Shown here: positions 24,671-35,935 of the stretch, one piece after another
How the letters are laid out: each line of letters begins with the position of its first letter
Numbering within the stretch: the stretch's first letter is position 1
Source: Mustelus asterias
Lineage: Eukaryota
Direction: 5' to 3'
Length of the DNA: 64,000 bases
Assembly (NCBI RefSeq): GCF_964213995.1
Contig: NW_027590186.1
Coordinates: 744,001-808,000 of the forward strand
Program-made: the position numbers and the translations under genes
Notes under the pieces: generated by a model
What the model was told of the DNA's origin: nothing
The model's database searches: none
Seen by the model: the letters and a program-made list of their open reading frames with translations, nothing else

Positions 24671-26015
24671 GGCTCGTGGAAGAATTGGATTTCATTTATA
24701 AAGTGGCAGCATCAACCCGAGGGGCCGAATGTCGCCCTTCCACGCTAATTTATTCTATGATATATGTTAGGTTTTAGTTTCTATTTTCCTTTTTGAGAGC
24801 GATATCGAAGGGAACATTTTATTATCAGTGACGCAATCCTTTTCTGGCGATGATTGCCAAAGAACAACCCAGCTGCGTCACATCACAGCACACAGCAAGA
24901 TCCAACAGAGTGATTGTGATTCATCAGCTCCGATGGGGCCGAACCATGTTGACCATCGGTGGCCAAATGTCATTTATTTATTTTAGTTTAGTTTAACACC
25001 TCCCGGGAGTCAATGTTTGCTTTTTAATCTATTTGTTTATTTTCTATCTATTGGTATCATTTTTCTCCACTTCTCTTTACATTGAGATATCCAGTCACTT
25101 TCATTTCATTTACTTTGTGCTGTTTGGTTTTCCTGAGTCGTGGGAACGCGTCCTAAAGTCTCGTAGTTGTCAGTTGCGTTCATCCTGTTCACTTTCCGCA
25201 GTGGTTTTACTGTTACTCACTGGGAACTGCCTCTTTTGGATCTCTCACAATTTCATTTTTTTCTGCTCATTAACTGATTCTCTCCCGGGTTCTCTGGGCA
25301 GAGTTTTCTCTAAATTGTACATTGTACAGAAACTCCTGTTCCACATTTCAAAGCTGCTCCATCACTCAGTTATGTTGCAGCTTATTTCCTGTCTCAACAA
25401 CAAATTCCTGTGTTGTCCACATTTGCCCTGACCATTTTAGTGTACAAATATGTAACAAACGCTGCTTTGAATGCGTTCAACACTAACTATCCACGGCTCT
25501 CTGTGGTCTGGAATTCGCAGATTCACCACAATGGCTTTGACTGAAGAAATGTCTCCTCTCCGCAGTCCAAATTGCTGAACCGTCATTCTGAAAATGTGAC
25601 CCCAAATTATAGACTTCCCAGATTGGAAAAACTACCACCCAGAATCTGCCTTTCAAGTCCTTTGAGAATATAATAAATTCTACTGAGATCACTCCTCACT
25701 CCTCTAATATCAGTCGACGGAAAATAGGCAATGGGTCTTCAATCACTTCTCAAAGGACAATCATTTTATCCCAAGACTCTGTTTAGTGAATATTAGTTAA
25801 ATTCCCTCCGAAGTATGTACATCCTTCCAAACTAAAGGAGATCAAATCTCACATAGTATTCCAGTTCAGTTCGAATCTCCGCAAATCTCGTTTTCAATCC
25901 TTGAGTTTTATTGTATTTTCAGTATTCTCCAGAAATAATAATCCAATCTTTCTCTCCATGTCGATTAATTCTCTATCGATTGTTCTAAATGGATATTCCC
26001 TTCACAATTGTTCCC

Positions 26016-26350
26016 GGCACGGTAGCACAGTGGTTAGCACTGCTGCTTCACATCTCCAGGGTCCCGGGTTCGATGCTCGGGTCACTGTCTGTGTGGAGTT
26101 TGCACATTCTCCTCATGTCTGCGTGGGTTTCCTCCGGGTGCTCCGGTTTCCTCCCACAGTCCAAAGATGTGCGGGTTAGGTTGATTGGCCAGGTTAAAAA
26201 TTGCCCCATAGATGCATAGGTTAGAGGGATTAGTGGGTAAAAATATGTGGGGGTAGGGCCTGGGTGGGATTGTGGTCGGTGCAGACTCGATGGGCCGAAT
26301 GGCCTCCTTCTGCACTGTAGGGGTTCTATGATTCTTTCTATGATTCTTTC
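26016..26350 (+). mobile_element. HE1-type tRNA-derived shark SINE. Other copies near 14835-15115+, 16225-16460-, 17590-17870-, 51203-51495+, 51610-51900+, 54063-54375+, 60168-60503-
   Basis: GGCACGGTAGCACAGTGGTTAGCACTGCTGC head with A/B boxes (GGTTCGA), a shared core, and a CR1-like (ATTCTATG) tail. Confidence 0.85.
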
Positions 26351-28114
26351 TATTGTTCCTGTTCTCCTTGATACAATTACCACATCATCCTCCACTCTTA
26401 CTGCACTGTGTGATTTCAGTTAACACTGATCAGGGCTACAAATACATTACAGCAATCACCCACAAACAACCATCACAAATCCGGAATGTCCTGTCCCATT
26501 GGCAGGACAGACTCAGTAGAGCTGGCGGCATGATATTGTCGGGAGCGACTTGCCCTGGGAATCCACAATACCGCCTCTGGACCGCATGAAGCCTCATGAC
26601 ATCAGGTCAGACATGGGCAAGGAAGCGGTCTGCTGATTACCATGTGCCTCTGCTGACATATCTACACTCCTCCATGTTGAACAACATCTGGATGAAGCAC
26701 TGAGGATGTCAAACGTGCATAACGTATCCTGGTTAGGGGGCTTCAATATAAATCACCACGACTGGCTCGGTAGCACATAGCTGGACATAACTGCCAGACT
26801 GGGACTGCGGTAGGTAGCGAGGAAACTACCAATAGGGAATAAAGTATATTTGACCTCAGCCTCAGCAACCTTACTGCCGCAGATGCATCACCACAGAAGT
26901 ATCAGTAGGAGTGACCACATGCAGTCCATGTGGACACAATTTATTGTCTTCACATTGAGCTTCACTCCATCGTGTAGTTTTTCCCAGTCGCCGTGCTAAA
27001 TCGTGCTAAGTCCCCTGCATTGACATTAGCAAACGAGGGATTAACACTGGTTCAATGAAGACTGCAGGAGGCAATGCCGGCAGCAACACCAGACATCCCT
27101 ATAACTGATTTGTCAATCCGGTGAAGATAAAGCTGAAGCCTTGGCAAGAATCCTCATCCAGAGATATCGAGTGGATGATCCATCTCAATCTCCTCCGGAG
27201 GTCCCCAGCATCACTGATGTCAATTTTCATCCAATTTGATTCACTCCACGTGACTTCAGGACCGGCTGAAGGCACAGGATACTGCAAAGGCTATGGGCTC
27301 TGGAAGTATCCCAGCAATTTACTGAAGACCTGTGCTCCAGAATTAACCACTAACGGTGGAAAATGAGAAAAAGTTATTGTTTATAAGGAGGATATTTAAA
27401 GAAATATCAGGCACAATGTCACTAATTTCAGCCACTGATTTCTTTATTACAAAATTCCTTTGGACCTACAACAAGATCCCTTATACCTGAAGCCCGTTGT
27501 TTAATTTTCTGTTTGTCTCCCGGGTCAGGTATTGAGTGAGTCACTGCGGTTAAATGGACTGGCCGCAGTGACATCGATCTCATTCACCCGGTACCTTATT
27601 GACATTGCACGGCTAGGACTGCAATCTACTGCCCAGGAGAGAGCTCTGAGACCCCGCTGCCGGGTTGTAAGCGAGAGACAAACCTCTCCCAGTCACATAT
27701 CACATCCAGAGTGGATTCCGGGGTGTTGTCAATTTGAGTTTGTTAAAAAAAAACTCCCAGGAGTGTCAGAGTTCTTGATGTTGATGTGCCTCTTAAAACA
27801 ATCGCCCAGATTCTGTCAACTCTCACAGAACACTGAACCGCACCCAGCGCCTCACCACCACCCCCACCCACAAGCCTCAGCCCACTATCCCTGCCCCGCT
27901 GACCGCCGACTCCATCAGGCCACACAGACACTTTCCCCGGGACTGACCTGGACCCGACTCCAGAATCACATCCTGCTCCCAACTCGAAATCTGTAACGGA
28001 TGATTTTGCATAGGAAGATTCGATTGGATTGAAACGAGACAGATCACAATGATAAAGTGATGGGGAACATTAAACGAGACAGTCTGTAACACGGCGGGGT
28101 TTGGAGTCACTTAC

Positions 28115-28212
28115 CGGCTGTGACAGTCACCACCGTCCCGGATCCATCCACATTATCATATTCCCATGCAGTACACAGTGGCACCTCTCTCAGTCTCCCC
28201 GGTACAAGAACC
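28115..28212 (-). other. NAR-TCR J segment (coding 28115-28173) with 23-RSS (28174-28212)
   Basis: Encodes TAWEYDNVDGSGTVVTVTA, an IgNAR-like xGxGTVVTV motif rather than FGxG/WGxG. Phase-1 GTAAGT donor. Plus strand cacagtg 28174-80, 23 nt, acaagaacc 28204-12. Confidence 0.92.
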
Positions 28213-28523
28213 ACCGACATCTCAATCTGCCGAGAAACCATCACCAATCAATCGGAAGTGTCCAATTATTCGGGGGATTTAAAATTAATAAACAATATTC
28301 AACGTTTCACCGTCTCTGTCGGTTCAAATTGTACTTTGTGAGGCCCAAGGTCTCAGTAAATGGCTGCAGGGAGGAAATATTAACTTCATATATAGCAAAA
28401 AAAATCAAAGAAAGATGTGAGTGGTGGAGATTACAATAGAAGTAATCCAGATTACAGCGATAATATCGTCAAACCAATGATTCACTGTCTGGGCCCTGAG
28501 AATTTATATTGTAATTGTGCACA

Positions 28524-28592
28524 GGTATTTGCTCAGCTTCCTTCCACTGTGACTTTCCAATCAACACAGTGGTACAATTCAGCATCAAAACC
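28524..28592 (-). other. NAR-TCR D segment (core 28552-28564, TTGATTGGAAAGT) flanked by 12/12 RSS
   Basis: Plus strand ggtatttgc(28524-32), 12 nt, cactgtg(28545-51), 13-nt core, cacagtg(28565-71), 12 nt, atcaaaacc(28584-92). Both heptamers are perfect. Lies between the V and the J. Confidence 0.9.
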
Positions 28593-28955
28593 TTGTGTAC
28601 TGGGTGGGATGTTGGAACATGAATTAAACCGCGCGGAATGTGGCTGCCAGCTCCGGCTGTGAGCCCAGGATCCCATCTGGTGTGTGGGTTTGTAACTGGA
28701 ATCAGTCATTTCCATTCTCCATTCACGGACAACACTCCCAGAAATGACACCGCCATCCACTCACACTCCATATTTATGAAACTGAAATTGTTAACGGGAG
28801 TGATCAGGTCTCATTAAAAACGAGAGTGCGGCACCGAGAGTCTGAGGTGCAACTGTGGGGATTGGCGGGGGGCGGGTGGGAGGGGGTGGGGGTGGCGGTA
28901 TTCAGGGCCGATGAACTCCGGTTTTTCATTTGATTCCGTGAGAATCTGCAGGGAG

Positions 28956-28993
28956 AGTTTTTGTATCGCTGGAAGCCGAGGCCCATCACGGTG
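28956..28993 (-). promoter_or_regulatory. RSS of NAR-TCR V: CACCGTG, 22-bp spacer, ACAAAAACT
   Basis: Plus strand agtttttgt 28956-28964, 22 nt, cacggtg 28987-28993, abutting the V end. Confidence 0.9.
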
Positions 28994-29462
28994 TGCCGTA
29001 CCGGTACTGAGCTTTACAGTAATAGGTGGCGGTGTCTTCAACTGTCACATCCCGAATTTCCAGCGAAAATGTCTTTTTTGCTTTGTTCACAGACACAACA
29101 AATCTCCCTCCGCTGGAGATCCGCTCCCACTCCGTCCCGGTCTGGGTTTGTTTGAAGAAATGTCCATTTTCTAAGTAATAGTAATAACCATGTAAAACGC
29201 AGGTGATGGTGAGAGACTGACATTCCTTCCTGGTCACCGCTTCCGGGCTCTGTGTCACTGACTGACTGAAAGACCCTGGAAATTAAACACAGAGAGTTTA
29301 TTGGACCATCAGAGCTGAACCACACAACGAGGCTAAAACCCCAGTGTTTGTAATTGGGATGGACTGGGGCAGCTTTATATTCAATCCACACAATGTGGGT
29401 TAGTGCGATTAGTACTCACGGGGTAAACAGACACACAGGCTGAAAACAAGAAGGATTCCCAT
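28994..29462 (-). CDS. NAR-TCR (IgNAR-like) variable segment, apparently functional. Leader exon 29420-29462, V exon 28994-29275
   Basis: Leader MGILLVFSLCVCLP ends at a phase-1 GTGAGT donor and splices in frame (ttccag acceptor) to RSFSQSVTQSPEAVTRKECQSLTITCVLHGYYYYLENGHFFKQTQTGTEWERISSGGRFVVSVNKAKKTFSLEIRDVTVEDTATYYCKAQYRYG. Canonical Cys pair and DTATYYC are present. FR2/CDR2 is shortened with the VNAR-like ERISSGGRF motif, and FR1 has an extra Cys (KECQ). Followed by an RSS. Confidence 0.92.
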
Positions 29463-29759
29463 CGCTCTGCTGCCCGGAGCTGATGGTTTAAATGACGGGG
29501 AGCTGGAGACTGCAGAGCTGGACTGCTCTGGGACACTGGATCTCAGCTGAACTGAAATATTTCAGACCCGAATGTCGTCAATTTAGGCCACGCCCATTGT
29601 TTAAAATAAATCTCGAGAATCTAAAGGTGACAGAAAGCTGTGAACATTCAGTTGAGGCTCCACAGTTATCGCTGCCTCGGAGCTCCCGACCCCAGAATCT
29701 CGTTCCGCGACCCCTCTGGGTGTTGTTTGTGAATCTCCCTCTTTGTCAAAAGCAAGTAA

Positions 29760-31290
29760 GATTCTTATTCTTTTCTTTTTTTCAGTGTCCAAGTGCAGAG
29801 ATGGCAGTAACGACAATGATATGCTCCTCCTGCCAGATGTGGGAGATTAGGGAAATTTCTCGTGTCCCTGAGTCTATGTCTGCTGGAAGTGTGACCAGCT
29901 GCAGCTCCTCACAGACCGCATGATTCGGTTGGAGCAGCAGCTGGAAACACTCTCACGGGATCCAGAGTGAGGTAGCTAAATGGATACAAAATTGGCTTGA
30001 TGACAGAAGACAGAGGGTGGTTGTAGAAGGTTGTTTTTCAAACAAGAGGCCTGTGACCAGTGGTGTGCCTCAGGGCTGGGTCCATTGTTATTTGTCACGT
30101 ATATTAATGATTTGGATGAGAATTTAGGTGGCATGGTTGATAAGTTTGCAGATGACACCAGGATTGGAGGCATAGTGGACAGTGAAGATGGTTATCAAGG
30201 ATTGCAACGGGATCATAGTCAATTGGGCCAGTGGACTGATGAATGGAAGGTGGAGTTTTATTCAGATGAATGCAAGGTGATCCATTTTGGTCGATCGAAC
30301 CAGGACAGGACTTAATCATTCAATGGGAGGGTGTTGCGGAGAGTTACAGAACAAAGACATCTGAGGGTACATGTTCATAGCTCCTTGAAAGTGGAGTCAC
30401 AGGTGGACAGAGTGGTGAAGAAGGCATTCAGCATGCTTGGTTTCATTGGTCAGAACATTGAATACAGGAGTTGGGACGTCTTGTTCAAGTTGCACAAGAC
30501 ATTGGTAAGGCCACATTTGGAATACAGTGCACAGTTCTTGTCAACTTATTATAGAAAGGATATTATTAAACGAGAAAGAGTGCAGAAAAGATTGACTAGG
30601 ATGCTACTAGGACTTGATGGTTTGAGTTATAAGTAGAAACTGGATATACAGGGACATTTTTCCTTGGATGGTATCAGACTTAAGGGTGAACTTATAGAGA
30701 TCTATAAAATAATGAGGGGCATAGTCAGTTTGATGGTCAACATCTTTTCCAGAAGGTCGGGGAGTCTACAACTAGAGTGCGTAAGTTTAAGGTGAGAGGG
30801 GAGAGCTACAAGAGGGTACAGAAGGGCAATTCTTCCACACAGAGGGTGGTGAATGCCTGGGACAAGCTGCCAGAGGTAGTAGTAGAGGCGGATACAATTT
30901 TGTCTTCGAAAAAGATTTTGGACAGTTACATGTGTAAAATGAGTATGGAGGGATATGGGCCAAACATAGGCATTTGGGAATAGCTTAGTGGTTATTAAAA
31001 GGGCGACATGGACAAGTTGGGTCAAAGGGTCTGTTTCCATGCTGCAAACCTCTATGACTCTATGACGGTGGAGTATACAGGGGGAAGTAAGTGTGATGGA
31101 GAGTGTGATAGTTATCTTTTAAAAAACATTTAGATAGTTACATGTGTACGATGGGTATAGAGGGATATGGGCCAAATGCGGGCAATTGGGATTAGCTGAA
31201 GGGCTTTTAAAAAAAGGGACGGCATGCCAATTTGGGCCGAAGGGCCCGTTTCCATGCTGTAAACCTTTATGACCAGATGACTCTATAGAG
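29760..31290 (+). mobile_element. CR1 fragments
   Basis: ORF1 zinc-finger start (CSSCQMWE), KFADDT, LVRPHLEY and 3' tails. Confidence 0.8.
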
Positions 31291-33538
31291 ACTAGCTTCA
31301 AGAAGGTGTCAAACCACAAGTCCTGACAGATAGATGGGTGACTGCCAGGTCAGGCAGGTATGTAATGCAGGAGTCTCCTGTGGCGATTCCCCTCTCAAAC
31401 AGGTATACCATTTTGGATACTGTTGCGGGGGGTGGGGGGGGGGGGTTGAAAGAGCCGCTCAGGGGAAAATACCAGCAGCAACCAGGCCTGTGGCACCACG
31501 ACTGGTTCTGCTGGAGAGCAAGGTCGAGCTAAATCCAAGACGGAGGCGGGACCAACCGCCATATTATCATTCTAATTTCTATGGAACATTCCTTCCTCTC
31601 TCATTCCCCAAAGCTGTAAATCTCCATCCCACACACTCTCCCTCCATTCTCACTCTGCTGTATCTAATATTCACCCTCCCAATTCTCCTGAAGGTGCTGA
31701 TTGAGGCTGATTGACAGATCCATGCTCACTGCTTCCTGTCCTGGACACAGAGAGACCTGCAAATCTCCATGCAGGCGGCCAGACAGATATATGTCTACAT
31801 TACTGGAGGAAAAATGTGTGGAATATACAGACCGAATTCACTTCATTCCCTTCAGATGGTGCAAGTCCCCAATTTCCCCCAGAATGAGAAAAGAAATGGA
31901 AAGGGGGAAACATTGATTTCCTCCCAGATGTTGCCCTCTTTTTAGGCCAAATCAAATAAACAAACTCAGATTAAGTCAGGACAAAGTAAAAGGGGCAGCT
32001 CCCCAAAAGGAGGGGGAACAGCCCGAACAGAAATCAAAGTACAAAGGAAACTTAAAAAGATCAAATTAAAATGTGATTATTAGGGTCGATAACGCACCCC
32101 AACCCCTGCGGTGCCCAACGGGCGTGGAAGGCATCAACCGCGCCCATGGACACCGCATGCTCCCTCTCCATGGAGACCTGGATGCGAACGTAGCCGCGGT
32201 AGAGGGGAAGACAGTCAGGATGGACGGCCCCCTCGATCGCCCGCTGCCTGGACCGGTAAATGGCGCGTTTCGCCAGGCTTAGGAGCAGGTTCACAAGGAG
32301 GTCACCATCCCGACCCTCCCCTCTCCGCACCGGGTGTCCGTGGATCAGGAGCATGGGACTGAAGTGCAGACTAAACATCAACAAAAGGTTCTTTAGGAAA
32401 ACATAAAGGGAGTGCAGCCTAAGACACACAACATAGACATGGTCCACGGACTCCACAAGGCCACAGAAAGGGCAGTCTTCGGAGCCCGTGAATCAGTGAA
32501 TCCTACGGGGGTGCGGCACTGCTGCATGCATCACCCTCCACCCCAGGTCCCCGACGTAATTGGGGGAGATCCCTCCGTAGAGGGACCTCCAGCGGGGATC
32601 TCCACCGCCCGGCGGCAACAAGGCCCGCCAAGGTGTATCCGGGTGACAGGCGAGGAGGTGGCAGCGGCAGCCCGCACAGGAAACGCCTCCGCGTGGTAGA
32701 AAAAGGCACGGAGGACATTCCCGCGAGGTGGCTCATGCTGTGGGGCACCTCACCCAGGAAGGGGGTTTGAGGTTTTGTCCAATGTGGAATTCCGTCTGAA
32801 CAGGGGAACGCTCGGGCAGGATCCCACCGCACACCTGCACCGCCTCGAGTTTGCGTGCAGTTTCGGGGCCGAGCACGACCGTCCTAAGGGCTAGGATGGC
32901 TTTGGCCGCGTGCCGGACAGTCGTCCCCGCGCGCTCAGCCAGCACGCGGGGACTCATCCAGCCCGCTCCTCCGCCATCGAGCACGTCCCCGATTCTGGTC
33001 ACCCCGGCGTCCACAGCCCTCCTCTCCGCCAGCCACCTGAAGTTATACGGCTGGAGGAGCGGATTCCTGAGCAGCGGCTCTCGCACGAGAGCTGCTACTC
33101 CTGACAGGGGAGAGCTGCGTCACGAGGCGACCGTGTTCCAGACAGTGAGGAGGTCCTGGTAAAAGACGAGCAACTCCTGCAGGGCGGTCGAAACATGCCC
33201 CAGATTGATATGCAGGAGCTGCACGTCATAATTGAGGCCGTGCCACTGGCGGAAGAAATACGTCGCCATGGCACACCACTGTGGAGGGGGCTCAACGTAA
33301 AGGTACCTCTGCAGGGCCTGGAGGCGGAAGGTCGCTATCTGAGTGTGGAGGCACACCAGACCTTGTTTGTCCTCCTCAAGCGGGAGATGCAGAACCGCAG
33401 CAGGGACCCAGTGCAGTCGATTGCCCCAGAAGAACCGCAGGAGGGTTCTCTGGATATCGGCGACAAAGCCAGGGGAGGGGTCAAAGGGACCAGCCCGTAC
33501 CACAGCATGGAGGCGACCAGCTGGTTTATGACGTGAAC

Positions 33539-35935
33539 TCATGCCCCATAGGACAGCACACGGAGCAGTCCTGTCCAGCGACTCAGGCGGGCAGAGACTT
33601 TGGCCTCCAGCTCCCGCCAGTTCGCCGGCCAGGATTCCTCGGCTGGGCAGAGATGGGCCCCCAAGTAGAGGAGGTTGGTCCTGCTCCAGGTGAAAGGCCT
33701 GAGCTCCTCCGGAAGGGGGTCCGTCTCCCAAGGACCGACAAGGAGTCCGGAGCACTTGGCCCAGTTGATCCTGGCGGAGGACGCGGCAGAGTACACCGCC
33801 TGGCATTCTCGCATCCTCCGCAGGTCAGCCGGGTCCGTGAACATGAGGAGCACGTCGTCGGCGTAAGCTGACAGGACCACCCCTACGTCCGGTCCGCGCA
33901 GGACCAAACCTGACAACCTCCTCCGCAAGAGGCGCAGGAATGGCTCCACGCATACGGAATACAGTTGGCCGGACAAGGGGCAGCCCTGCCGTACTCCTCT
34001 CCCGAAGCGAAGGGGCGCCGTCAGGGACCCGTTAACCTTAATCAGACACTCTGCGGCAGAGTACAGTAATCGGATCCGGGCGACAAAATGCGTCCCGAAC
34101 CCGAATGCCCGCAGAGTCCCGAGTAAATACTCGTGCTCCACCCTGTCGAACGCCTTCTCCTGATCTAATGACAAGAAGGCGCCCGACAGACCAGCCCTCT
34201 GGGTGTGATGGATTAGGTCCCGGACCAGGTGGAGATTGTCATGTATGCAACGGCCCGGGACCGTGTAGGACTGGTCAGGGTGGATCAAGTGGTCCAGCAC
34301 GGATCCAAGGCGTGAAGCCATAGCCCTGGCAAAGATTTTATAATCCGTGCTGAGGAGGGAGACCGGGCGCCAGTTCTTGAGCAGATGGAGATCCCCCTTC
34401 TTGGGCAGCAGGGCAATGACAGCCCTGCGCCACGAAAGGGGCATCTCCCCGGTAGCGACGCTCTCCCCCAGGACCCCCGCGTAGTCGCTCCCCAGGACGT
34501 CCCAGAACGCCCTGAAGAACTCTACTGTCAGCCCGTCCAGCCCAGGGGCCTTGCCCCGGCTGAGGCCATTTAGGGCGCCGGTCAGCTCGGCCATGGTGGT
34601 AGGGGCCTCGAGCCTGCCGACGCCCTCCGGGCCGACCTGCGGCAGGTCCTCCCACAGAAGTCTGCGGGCATCCTCGCTGGATGGATCCGGAGAGAAGAGC
34701 GAGGTGTAATACTCCCGGGCAATGGCCCGGATGCCCTCCGGATCCGAGACGGGGGAACCGTCGTCGGCCAGCAGCGTAAGGAGCTGCTGACGGTTAGCCC
34801 GCCCTCTTTCCAGCGAGTAGAAGGGGGAGCCGCGGTCCAGGTCCACCTGGAACTGGAGCCGCGACCTCACGTACGCGCCGCGAGACCTGGCAAGCTGCAG
34901 GTCCCGCAGCGCGTCCTTCTTCTCCCTGTACTCCGAACGCAGGGCCGGGTCCGCGTCAGGCCGACTGAGACGTGCCTCCAGGTCGAGCACCTCCTTCTCC
35001 AACTCCTCGAGCCTGGATTTCCGCCTCTTTGTCGACCCCCTCGCGTACCCCTGACAGAAGGTACGGACGTGAGTCTTGCCCACATCCCACCAGAGCCTCA
35101 AGGAGGGGAAGCCTCCCCGCTTCCTTCTCCAGCCGCCCCAGAATCGACGGAACGAGTCCAGGAAGCGCTCGTCCTCCAGCAGCGTGTTGTTAAAGTGCCA
35201 GTACGCGGACCCCCGCCGGATGCGAGACGGCGCAAAGTCCGCCCACACCAGGCTGTGGTCCGTGCTCGACACCGGCCGCATGGAGACCGAGGACACGCCG
35301 GACACGTGCGCCTTCGAAATGTAAAGGCGGTCGAGCCTGGACGCTCCGACTCCAGGCCTCACGAAAGTGAAGGCGCTGGAGCCAGGATGGAGATGTCTCC
35401 AGACGTCCACCAAGTCGTGGGACCCGATCAGGTCCCGCAACTTCACCACCGCCGGAGTGCGCAGCCAGGGGCCGGTGCGGTCCCGTGCCTCGAGTATGCA
35501 GTTGAAATCTCCCCCGAGGATAATGCATTCGCCCCCCGCGATGGTGTCGATGTGAGCGGACACTTTCTCGTAGAAAGTCGTTTGCTGCGGTCCAGCGGTC
35601 GGGGCGTAGACATTCAGCAAGTGAATGACCACGCCCCCCTCACGGACCGTCAAGTGCAGCAACCGGCCTGGCACCGGCTCCTTGACCCCCAAGATCTCCG
35701 GCTTATAACGCGGGGCCAACAAGATAGCCACCCCGCAAGAAGCGAGCGTGAGGTGGCTCATGTAGACCCCCCCTCGCCACTCCAGGAGCCATTGGGCTTC
35801 GTCTCCCGGAACGGTGTGGGTTTCCTGCAGGAAACACACCGCATACTTCCCGTCACGGAGGACCGAGAAGTTCTGGAACCTGCGGTGTGGCCCACTGCTG
35901 CCGTTGATGTTGAGGCTGGCTATGGTCACCTTCAT
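33539..35935 (-). CDS. Tx1 ORF2 (APE endonuclease + reverse transcriptase), truncated by frameshift
   Basis: 798-aa ORF with the motifs above. The remainder continues in other frames to about 32061. Confidence 0.88.
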   Translation of the reverse strand: MKVTIASLNINGSSGPHRRFQNFSVLRDGKYAVCFLQETHTVPGDEAQWLLEWRGGVYMSHLTLASCGVAILLAPRYKPEILGVKEPVPGRLLHLTVREGGVVIHLLNVYAPTAGPQQTTFYEKVSAHIDTIAGGECIILGGDFNCILEARDRTGPWLRTPAVVKLRDLIGSHDLVDVWRHLHPGSSAFTFVRPGVGASRLDRLYISKAHVSGVSSVSMRPVSSTDHSLVWADFAPSRIRRGSAYWHFNNTLLEDERFLDSFRRFWGGWRRKRGGFPSLRLWWDVGKTHVRTFCQGYARGSTKRRKSRLEELEKEVLDLEARLSRPDADPALRSEYREKKDALRDLQLARSRGAYVRSRLQFQVDLDRGSPFYSLERGRANRQQLLTLLADDGSPVSDPEGIRAIAREYYTSLFSPDPSSEDARRLLWEDLPQVGPEGVGRLEAPTTMAELTGALNGLSRGKAPGLDGLTVEFFRAFWDVLGSDYAGVLGESVATGEMPLSWRRAVIALLPKKGDLHLLKNWRPVSLLSTDYKIFARAMASRLGSVLDHLIHPDQSYTVPGRCIHDNLHLVRDLIHHTQRAGLSGAFLSLDQEKAFDRVEHEYLLGTLRAFGFGTHFVARIRLLYSAAECLIKVNGSLTAPLRFGRGVRQGCPLSGQLYSVCVEPFLRLLRRRLSGLVLRGPDVGVVLSAYADDVLLMFTDPADLRRMRECQAVYSAASSARINWAKCSGLLVGPWETDPLPEELRPFTWSRTNLLYLGAHLCPAEESWPANWRELEAKVSARLSRWTGLLRVLSYGA

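Noticed and set aside
26016-26090. tRNA-like sequences and CACAGTG heptamers in SINE heads
   Set aside because: Part of the HE1-type SINE consensus. They are not tRNA genes and have no associated nonamers.
26404-26410. Isolated cactgtg heptamer (another near 18271)
   Set aside because: No nonamer at 12 or 23 nt and no adjacent coding segment.
27540-27572. Inverted repeat gtcactgcgg...ccgcagtgac resembling a D segment between two heptamers
   Set aside because: Both heptamers start CGC rather than CAC, and one side has no nonamer at 12 nt. Most likely a chance hairpin.
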